In this document: one piece after another, positions 38,801-48,567 of the stretch
Position numbering within the stretch: the first letter of the stretch is position 1
Layout of the letters: the number at the start of each line of letters is the position of its first letter
Assembly: GCA_002189035.1 (NCBI GenBank)
Contig: NEEC01000019.1
Coordinates: 744,001 to 808,000, forward strand
Source: Utricularia gibba
Taxonomy: Eukaryota > Plantae > Magnoliophyta
Direction of reading: 5' to 3'
DNA: 64,000 nucleotides
The notes under the pieces: model-generated
Database searches by the model: none
Told to the model about the DNA's origin: nothing
What the model saw: the letters and a program-made list of their open reading frames with translations, nothing else
Made by a program: the position numbers and the translations under genes

Positions 38801-41780
38801 TAGGAATGGGCAAAAAATCCGACCTGTTGGATACCAATCTCAACCCAACCCGTGAGGGTCGGATTTTTAATGGATAAGGGGTAGATATGGATTTTAAAAT
38901 TTTAAATCCACCTTATAAAAATCCATCCCCGCCCCACATACCCAATTCATATGTTTTTTTTAAAAAATAATATAATAAATTTATATGAATTGAAGAGGGC
39001 ATGACAGAACGTCTGAACAATTTTATTAAATATTCATATTTTTTCTATTTGTTTCCCTTCTACTTTCCCTTTCACTTTAGGTTTCAGTTTTTTTCTGTAA
39101 AAGGGGGACGATGTTCTACAAAAGAAGCTAAGTTGGAGGGAGCTTGTGATACAAATTAGTAGGTTAAGGATTATGGAGATTGGAGAACTTGGCTATCACA
39201 AACATCTTTCACGGTGTGTATTATCTTCCTTTTAAAATTTCTCACCTCCTTAGATGTTTATTGCTTGCGAATGGGGTTTTGAAGGCTACAATAATAATGC
39301 TTCTTGCATGCTCTTTGGTGGGATAGGTCATTAAATTCATCCATTAAAAGACCCAAATTTATAATCAATGGCATATGGAATGAGCTTCTATTTCATGGTT
39401 CACGTTTCTTTATATTCTTGTATTAATTTGATATTTTTTTTCAAATCAAAGAAAGTGAGATTTCTTTTTTCAATCTTCTCATGCTCATTGTGTTGCTTTT
39501 ACTTTCACTTTCAGAGGCATGGCTTCAAATGAAGAAAATTCTATCTTTAGTCCAGATATTCAGTGCTCTAAAAATATAACAAAATCTGGTACTCCTTCAA
39601 CAAATAATCAAGAGGTAAAGCAGCATGATGGATATGATCATTCTAAATTGACATCTGAGGTTTGGCAGCATTTCAAAAAGGCACAAATTGATGAAAAGTG
39701 GAAGGCAATATGCAATTATTGTTCATCAGCACTTATTTTAGAACCAAAAAGTGGAACTTCACACTTGAAGCAACATTCTCAAAAGTGTAAAAAGCAATTA
39801 ATCCAAAGTTTGTGAGAAGTTGAGAATATTTCATGAGACTACAAAATTATTTTCAGGTATATCTTGTTAACTTTATTTTTTTTAATTTTATATGCTCATG
39901 ATTTTTAGATTTGACATTTAATAAATTTTTGTAGGGACATGTTATCCTACTGCAAATTTATTTTTTCCTCAATTATGTGAAATCAGATTGGTCTTAAACG
40001 AATGGATTAATGATCCAGATGAGTTGACACGGGATATGACAAGTAAGATGTTTGATAAGTTTATGAAATATTGGAATATGATTCATGGAATTATGGGAGT
40101 TGCTTGCTTGTTGGATCCTAGACATAAATCGTATCTTTTAGAATTTATTATGAGAAGTTTTATGGTTGGGAGAGTAGTACTCATGTTGAGAAAATTGTGA
40201 ATATTTGCTTGAGAATTTTGTTGGAGTATCAAAGACAAAAGGAAAGTACAAAGAACAATTTTTCATCAACTGAAGGATCTAGTTTTAGTGTTGGTTCATA
40301 TATGCAATCTTATGCTGATTTTGTTAGTTCTAAAAAGAGCAACAAGTCTAACTTCAAGTCAGAGCTAGATTACTACTTGAATGATGATGTTCTGCCGCTA
40401 TCTGAAAATTTTGCTATATTGGATTGGTGGAAAACAAATGGAGTGAAATATCCAACTCTCCAAAAAATTGCAAGAGATATATTAGCTATCCCTATTACGT
40501 TAGTGGCTTCTGAATCAGTTTTTAGCATAGGAGGCCGGATCATTAATCCACATCGAAGTAGATTACATTCATCTCTGGTTGAGGCTTTGGTTTGTTTAAG
40601 AAACTGGATATCCAATGAAAAAGGTAATACACTATTTATTATATGTTTTATTTATTTTATTTTATTTATTATTGAATAATTACGATTGAATCACTTAATT
40701 TTAGGATTTATGACTGCATTAACTCCATTTGTAACATTTTTGGAAGATGAGGAGGGAGAGGAAGAGACCTTAGAGTCTGAAGAAGAAGATCAAGAAATGT
40801 AGAACTTTTTTATATTAAGTGTAGACCTTGTTGTTATCGGTGTTCTTGTTGTTGTTTCTGTGGTGGGATTGCTGCTATTGTTGCTCGTGGAGTTGGTGGT
40901 AGCCACTCTCTGGCTTTATGGTTCTAAAACCAATAGAAGACTTTCTTGCCCTTGATCTTCCCAAAGGGGCAGAGCTATGCAGTGATATGCTGGATTTGTT
41001 TTATGATTTATTTTATTTATATGCATGTGATGGTGGGATTTACTTGTGTTTAATAGTACATTTTTCAACCAACACCTATCGGGGGTGGCTGATGGTGGAT
41101 GTTAAGTTTAATGTGAAGGAATTAAAGGTGACTTTGTAAATGTTCGGATATTCATGTGTTTCTTCTCAAGTTTCTTAACCATAACTGTTTACTCAATTCA
41201 AAAGAAATTCTAAAAATGGATTGTTTGAAACTCTTGTGATTTCTTTGTTTAATACCTGATTGTGAGGTTGCATCATGTCTTGATCCCTCAGTAAGCAATT
41301 ACTTACAATTGCTCGTGTCAAAACATGGTGCTTTGTGACCCATTGTTGTTGGATTTGTCAGATGGTGAGCTCAGAACAATGTTGGCCATTGTGTCCATCA
41401 TGTTGGATGGTGGTGGTTAGGGTCCCGGTAGATTGCACCATGAGTGATGATTAATTTTTCAATAGAAATTTTTGGTATGTTAATTATTAACTCATGCATG
41501 ATTTTGAAGAGGAACAGGCACATGAAAGATAAAACTTTTGATTTGTCAAGTTAATAATAGTTATATTGTATTGTAAAATTGCTTATTTACAATTTTGTTT
41601 CAATAGAATAATTAATGTGATGGATAATCATAATGGATGGATTACCCGATGGGACGGATTTGAATTTAAAAAGTAAAACCCATTGGAGGGGAGGGTTGGG
41701 TTTGGATTTGTTTTTAATAAAGATGAGGTGGGTGCGGGTTTGATAAAACCCGCCCCAAACCTGCCCCATGCCCATCCCTA
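38801..41780 (+). mobile_element. hAT (Ac/RICESLEEPER-like) internal-deletion derivative, 2980 bp, inserted in gag
   Basis: 12-bp TIRs TAGGAATGGGCA / TAGGGATGGGCA and 8-bp TSD GTCGGGGA / GTTGGGGA. It retains the BED finger (39519-39815), a DUF4413-like part and the hATC dimerization domain (WWK..KYPTL..ARDIL..ASES.FS.GG). Confidence 0.92.
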
Positions 41781-42907
41781 GTTGGGGATGTGTCCTCTTC
41801 AGGGATTATGATAAGATCGAGGCCACCCTTAAGAGAGAGAGTAGAACTTCGTCGTTGGAGTGCTGAGTATTCTGCTTCTTTAGAAAGAACGAAGCATATA
41901 ATTTCTTCTTCCGTTTGAAGTTTGGCACCACTGATAGCTTCTTGAAGCTCTTCCTTAAACCCACTAATTAAAATAGTCACATAATTCTCCAACTGATATT
42001 TAGGGAATAAGAGAGTAATTTGTGATCGATAATGATCATATTCATCCAAATACTCTGAAACTGAGCCTTTCTGCTTAGTAAGCATCCTGGTAGGGTCGAT
42101 TCGTTCAAAACGGAATACCAGAGATCTTACAAATTTATTCCAACAACGGGATTGCTCTATAGCTACATAACCAGCAACCCATTCGTCTGCCACACCAGTG
42201 AATCCTACACTTGCATAATCAACCCAATCGTCCTTATTGACTTGAGTTGCAAATCGAAAGAATTGAGTGATTCTCCGAATCTATCCTCTTGGATGTGTCC
42301 CATCAAAAGAAGGTAAGGTCATTTTCGGTAGATTGGCATGGCCCTTCCCATAAGAATCCAGGTTCTGATCCCATAAGTAGGGATTTGAGTTGGTTGATTG
42401 TGATTTGAGTTCCTTACCCCAAAATTGACCGTTCCTGTGCTAATGATTGAAGTTGTTGTGAGAGAGGTTGGAATTGGGCAGTAAATGCTGCAAGTGACTC
42501 CACCTGAACAGAACCGTTGCTACTGGGTTATGTGGACTGGATGGAGAAGAAGGACCCGCCTCAAAATGACCCGACTACGAGATCCGATCACTTTAATTTT
42601 TTGCTTTAAATACTGGTTGTGATTTTCTATTTTGTTCAAGTCAGTTACAGACGAATGCTGTTTTTTGTTTCGTGTATTTTTGTTTACCACCAAGCGTTTC
42701 TCTATCCGATCCTCAAAGAGGCATTGAGTTGTGCGAATATTTGTGTGATAGGTGGCTAATTCTTGAATCTGCTGATGCATATCCTCCAAGGGTTGAGGGT
42801 CTCCCACGTTTTCATGGGTATCGAGACGATATGCAGAATATTCATCTGCTTGATGAGAGGCCATAGAGCTAGTGATAATTTTGGACTTCCCAAGTGCCAG
42901 GATTATA

Positions 42908-42919
42908 GCTCTGATACCA
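42908..42919 (-). promoter_or_regulatory. Primer-binding site complementary to the initiator tRNA-Met 3' end
   Basis: Minus strand reads TGGTATCAGAGC, 3 nt inside the LTR. Confidence 0.92.
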
Positions 42920-42922
42920 CTT

Positions 42923-43360
42923 TGTTACAGCGTAACTATATCTTCCAACTAATTTTCAAGAGGAAGAGAAAGATGTTCGAGGAGATGAAGAGGTAAGGCA
43001 GGAGAGAAGATAGAACATAGTGGAAAAAAAGATATTCATTTCATAGTCATCGCAAATCATCAAAAACTACATATTTGTAGAGAATAACTGCAACGGTCTT
43101 CTGCAAAAGTGATATGCTTTGAGACCTAATGATGTGATCTAATTGGAGACCTAATGATGGCTATACTGCTTACTGACGACTTGATTTAATATTGAATCCC
43201 CACTTTAAATTTTAGAAGGTCACCTACGGTGGCTTTTCTTGAACTTCCTGTCTGTTGGGTTAATTCAGCTGAATTGACAAGTATATCTCCTCCTTGGTCA
43301 GGTTTGTCTTCTTTGCATTTCTTCTATATACCTGTACACTGAAAATCTATTTTTGTTACA
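42923..43360 (-). repeat. 5' LTR, 438 bp, TG...CA termini
   Basis: TGTTACA at both ends on the + strand. Matches 36181-36544 (about 24 mismatches in 364 bp by hand count, no indels) and 31273-31336. Confidence 0.92.
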
Positions 43361-43544
43361 CAGCTGTAGTTCTCGTCTTGGGAATGCTGAGGGCTTCCCT
43401 TTCACTTAGTGGGCTTTATTTGGGCCTGTTTATTTTTTGAACTGGCCCAGTTAATCCCGCTCCTCTTTTTTCACAATTCACACCATATATAACATCACAA
43501 CTCAAACCGTGAAGTCATCTGCTCTCTACGGCTATCGGAAAAAG

Positions 43545-44255
43545 ATGTTGCGGTCGGTTTTCTCTGGCCGCAAGAAACCCCTGACGATTCCCTTCGGCAG
43601 TTTTTACAATGATTGGGTTTCCAAACTCGCCGCCACTCTACTCCCAGACCTCCGCCGCGCGATTGCCTCTGCCGCCGTCGCGCCGATGCCCCTCGCCGTC
43701 CAAATAAACGCCGTGCACGAGCATTTCCAACTGTACTTCAACGCCCTCGACGAGGCGGCCGCCATAGACGTTGCCCAATGTCTCCTTCCGCAGTGGCGCA
43801 ACAGCCTCGAGAAGCCCTTCCTCTGGCTCGGGGATCTCCACCCGTATCTCTTCTCCAACCTCCTCCGCAAATTTCTTGACGATCAAGAAAACGAGGAAGA
43901 AGGCGACACCGACGCACAGTCGCAGATATGCTGCAGGGGATTCACGGAGAGGGTCGATCAGATCGAATGTGGCGTGAGGCTCATGGCGCCGGCGCTGGCG
44001 GCGCGTGCATTAGAAGCCCAGTTGAAGGTCGCAACAAAAATGGGTGAGGATTGGTTGGAGAAGAAAGATGATCTGAAGGAGAAAATGGCGGCGGAGATGG
44101 AGGAGCTCGCCGAAGTGGTGGTGGACGCTAACCGTCTGAGGAGAAGCGTTTTGGCTGATATTTTGACCGCAACGACGCCGTATCAGGGCGCCCTGTTTCT
44201 TCAGGCCCTGTGTGAATTCCTGGTTGGAATCCATGATGAAAAGCTTCATCACTGA
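43545..44255 (+). CDS. INP1: INAPERTURATE POLLEN1 (DOG1-domain), intronless, 236 aa
   Basis: FSGRKKP...FYNDW...LLPDLRRA...WRNSLEKPFLWLGDLHPYLFSNLLR...DQIEC..RLM.P...DANRLRRSV...ALFL..LCEFL. Confidence 0.88.
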   Translation: MLRSVFSGRKKPLTIPFGSFYNDWVSKLAATLLPDLRRAIASAAVAPMPLAVQINAVHEHFQLYFNALDEAAAIDVAQCLLPQWRNSLEKPFLWLGDLHPYLFSNLLRKFLDDQENEEEGDTDAQSQICCRGFTERVDQIECGVRLMAPALAARALEAQLKVATKMGEDWLEKKDDLKEKMAAEMEELAEVVVDANRLRRSVLADILTATTPYQGALFLQALCEFLVGIHDEKLHH

Positions 44256-44468
44256 ACCGCAGTGATTGTCTGATCAATGCTCTTGGACATGAAATAGCAT
44301 AGAATGCTGAAACACAATACACTCCGCGCGATCCAAAATAGTATAGAGCAAGCTGAAGCAAACTCAGTTCACAGCAGAAGAAAAGCTCAAGAAAAGGCAT
44401 TGGGGAAATTGCAGACTACAAAGAAGAATGCGCAATGCAGAAACTTACAAGCACAGTTAGTGTTTGAG

Positions 44469-45896
44469 TTAAGAGGTTTGAGGGGTTCTCGCGGGTTTCT
44501 TTGAGGCCTTCTTTGTATCAGAATTAGCTGCTTTTCTTTTGTCCTTTCTTTCTCTTTTCTTCAGAGATGTCATTCTGGCTTTCAAGATTGTGGCGTAACT
44601 TGACTGAAATCGTTGATGATCTTTCGGGCCAACCTGAAGATGAAGGAAACCAGTGATAAAATGAATATGAGGTGGGATATTGTACAAACCATTCCTCCAA
44701 GAATGAACCTTGCATGTTAGGAGACACTATGAATCAGGGAAAACAGAAGGATGAATGCATGTGAACGCCAACAGGGAGGAGCAATCAGCACGAGGGAAAA
44801 AGGAAATGTGCGCAAGAACACACCATACAATGCTTAAATTCTTCAGAAAAAAAATATAGAATGTGCTCTTAAAGGAAAAACATACACACTACTGCACCGA
44901 GCATCTTAAAGAATTATGGTCTCTCATGGGGTAAGCTCGAATCGTTGGATACATGGATAATTTTTTGCCAAAAAAACGCAAAATTGAGAAAAGAGGTGGA
45001 TGGTCCAGTCATATTTACCATAGTTGAAATTGTTTTCTTGCCGTCAGTTGCTCGAATAAGGCACTTGTACTCAACCTTTTCACCAGCAGTCACCATCTTA
45101 TTCCTTTTCACTTTAGACTTGTCTGAAGCTGAAGAGAGACCAATTGAAGAAATTAAAAGTTATGCCAATATCCAACAACGTGACTTTTATACACAAATGC
45201 TTGTGTAGTGTGAATTTCATCTAGTCGACAGAAGGGAAAGGAGACAGTAGGTTCAAAGAGCAACACTCACAGTGCTTCAACGTAACCCAGACAGACCCCT
45301 TTTCTGTAGTTCGTTCGAACATGTTGCTAAGTTCATTAAGAAAGGGATCAGGATGCAACCGCACCTGGACAATATCAACGCCCAAAAGCTAAAATATCAT
45401 CACGATACAGAGTTTCACGACCAGGCACATAACATGCAAAGAAAACTAGCAAAAACAGCATATTTCAGATCAATGGATTTCCTTGAGATCTTGTTAACTC
45501 AACGAAGGCAGATAATTCAGCTTTGGATAGTGCAGAGAGCAAGACCTGTGTTACCAAACCAAGCTTTCTCTGTTGCGCAAAATTCCCAATCCAAACAAGA
45601 AAATAAGGAATTTCAGTTTATCTCAATGCAACCAATGTACCTCGGAAACTCATCTCTGTTTAACACACTGGAAAACACCAAATATACTTATCTGACTGAC
45701 AAAACCAATGCGCTTGAGATTAGAATTTGGGAAAAAAATTCAAAATCAAGCATTAACTCATGAATTGTGATCCATAAACATGTCGAAAAACACAACGAAA
45801 TCCAATCCAACAATTGCAGCACATAACATTCACGAATCAACACAGAAAATGCTCGCAAACCGACTGAATTTCAAAATAATAAAAAAAATTCACCAT
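44469..45896 (-). CDS. SRP14: Signal recognition particle 14 kDa protein, 123 aa, exons 45896-45894, 45364-45271, 45128-45019, 44633-44469
   Basis: MVRLHPDPFLNEL..MFER..EKGSVWVTLK...YKCLIRATDGKKTIST.VGPKDHQRFQSSYATILKA.M..LKKRERK. Confidence 0.95.
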
Positions 45897-46314
45897 TTTT
45901 CGCTTGCAAAGAACGACGAAGAAGAAAAGCGCCGAAACGGGTTGATCTTCCCTTTTCCCAGGGTTTATTCACGAATTTGCTACTGCCTTACACTTCCCCT
46001 TTTAAAGCAATTTTTTAATAAAATTGTTTTAATATACATCATGCTTTGATATAAATAATTTACAATAACTAATATCAAGCCTAAATAAATAATTTATATT
46101 TTAAAAACATCATAAATTTAAAATCAATTATTACTTTCTATTTTATTAAAATCAACTCTCAAAAAACAATATGAGGAACATCAAATAATAATTCCAAAGA
46201 GAAATGCATTTCATTACTCAATTCCAAGAGACCTTCACAAACCACATGTTTCCATCAAATGGCAGCTTATTGCAGAAACTGAAGAAATAAAGCAGGTTCT
46301 TCAGGGGCAGGAAG

Positions 46315-48183
46315 CTACTCAGCAGAGAACTCAAACAACATGCTGTGCTTGTACTTCTCACCGGGACGAACAACGATCGACGGGAAGTTCGCCTGGTTGA
46401 TGGCATTGGGGAAGCCCTGAGTCTCAAGGCAACACGCGGAATGCTTCTCATAGACAGCGCCATCTTTCCCAACAATTCCATTCACATAGTTTGCAGTGTA
46501 AAACTGCATTCCGGGAGCAGTTGTCCACAGATCCAAGGTTCTGGAGCTGGCAGGATCCCTCAGTTTTGCCGCATACTTCAGGCCTGATTTTTCCACACCG
46601 CTGTCAAGAACATAGTTGTGATCGTAGCCTATACCCACCTCATGGACACGGCTGCCGATTGTGGCCTCGTTAGTGAAGTCAAATGGGGTGCCTTTAACCG
46701 GCAAGATTTCGCCGGTAGGGATGAGGTTTTCATCCACCGGAGTGATGTGGTCGCTGAATATCTGGATGGTGTGATCAAGGATTCTTCCAGAACTGTGGCC
46801 GGCTAAGTTCCAGTATGTATGTTGGGCTAAGCTGATTGGAGTTGGCTTGCTTCCAGGCACACCTTCCATGTCCAGCCTCAGTGTGGTACTGGAAATGAGT
46901 GTATAGGTTGCAGTGAAGGAAACGTCTCCTGGATAGCCTGCAATAGTAACAGCAGGAAGGAGTTTTGGTATGTAAAAACAATATCACTTTCGATTCCCTA
47001 AAATTCAGGGTGACCTTCTTCTCCATCATGGCTATGGTACTTGAATGTAATAGAAGGATGGTCGCCTTGCTTGTATTCAGCAACCTCCCAGGTGACTTTG
47101 TCATATCCCTTGTGCCCACCTTCAAATGTAATTGTTCAGTACATTACAGCAAATGAAAGGACATGCTGCCATTCTCCTCACACTTCCAGAATCATGCTTA
47201 ACGCAATGAAAGCAGGAAACCATTTACTGTTACAATGATGCCCATATATATGTTGCCACAACCATTTCCATAATGAAAAGCAAGTGACAGAGAACTGTGT
47301 GCAGGGGATTCCATCTTCATAACACAGAAAACATCTCCAACTCCCCACTTTTCACAGATAACACAAAGCTTGTAGAGCCAAAAAAATGAGAAAAAAGCGC
47401 ACGTTCAAGGCATTGGAGTCAAATCTAAATCAATGTTTCGAAAAATTTTTGAAAACTGTTTTTACTTTTCAAAATTATTTTAAAAAAAGTAAAAATAACT
47501 AACTTCATACTTTTTAAAAATAACTTTTATAGTATAATTTTAAAATTATTTTTAATAGAATTACTTTTATAATTAAAAATATTCTAAAACAAAACTATCT
47601 TACTTTTCAAAAATAGAAATAAATTTTAAAAATTTTCCAAAACACTACTTCATCAAATCCATCAGCATATATAGGATTCAAACAAAGAATGGTACCATGG
47701 AGACTATTAGGTGGCTTGTTAAGAGGCAAAGAATGTTCCATTCCATCTAGCGTAAACTTCCCATCTTTGATTCTGTTTGCCACCCGACCCACAATGCACC
47801 CAAAATAAGGTGCTTCACCTTTCTGGGCAGAACCAATCCAACTCAAATATGAGAACAGAACAAGGGGCATAAACAGTTCATTTCTACCACCAGATCCGTA
47901 TCAAAGGCAAGCGTTTGCACGAATAAAAGACAAGATCCCAATGCCACTGACCTGGTAAGGCTCTAGTGAGTCGAATCCAAGAACAACATCGGATAAATTT
48001 CCTGCAATTATGATCAGATTATAAAAATTTCTGACGATCAAGGAGTATGAGAAATCAGATTCAGGGGTATGGAATATTACCTTGTTTGTCGGGCACAAGC
48101 AAGGAGGTGATCGTGCAACCAAAGTTTGATACTTTGACTTGCATGGTACCATTGTTTAGTTCAAAGAGCTTCGCTTCCGCCAT
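46315..48183 (-). CDS. Aldose 1-epimerase (galactose mutarotase), 335 aa, 5 exons
   Basis: YFGCIVGRVANRIK, NSLHGG, LAQHTYWNL and catalytic CLETQ. The exon sum is 1008 bp in frame. Confidence 0.95.
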
Positions 48184-48567
48184 TGAATCAGTCGTAAATC
48201 ACCGATTTCTCTGCTTTCCGAACGCGTGGAGCAAATGAAACCGGGATCCGGGGGTTTGATACAGTAAAGGAAGTGAGACCGGAATCGGATCTCTGGATTA
48301 CTTTTTTATATAAAAAAAAGGGGAATAATAGTTGACATTTTTTAAATGGTGTCTGTAGAAATTCGTAGGTATTTAACCTATATTCGAGAAACTTTACGGT
48401 TCCCTTTCTCCGTCCCGCGGCGTACCCCTATCGAAATGCCAAGTCGGGATTCCTGGTGAAGGTTCTTTCTGAAAAAGAGTTACTTGAGATTTTTGGTGAA
48501 GATTTTTGGTGAAGGTTATTGCTGAACAAGGCTTAATTAATCTGCTGAATTGGGGTATTCTGGAAGC

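Larger units (their letters stand above)
31273..43360 (-). mobile_element. Decayed Ty3/gypsy LTR retrotransposon (short-LTR, tRNA-Met-primed, chromovirus-like) hosting nested insertions
   Basis: 5' LTR at 42923-43360, PBS, gag (LPKMTLPSFDGTHPRG*..., KQKGSVSEY, CIKCGDPYSREHRC), protease remnant and RT at 37317-38123. The 3' LTR is split at 31273-31336 + 36181-36544. Confidence 0.92.

Noticed and set aside
40825-40953. In-phase alternative hAT 3' exon encoding a tail-anchor-like helix (DLVVIGVLVVVSVVGLLLLLLVELVVATLW...KTNRR)
   Set aside because: GTT/TTG low-complexity DNA yields V/L runs by chance, and the upstream transposase is broken. There is no independent support.
45272-45763. 163-aa + strand ORF
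   Set aside because: Antisense to SRP14 exon 2 and intron 1, with no motif support.
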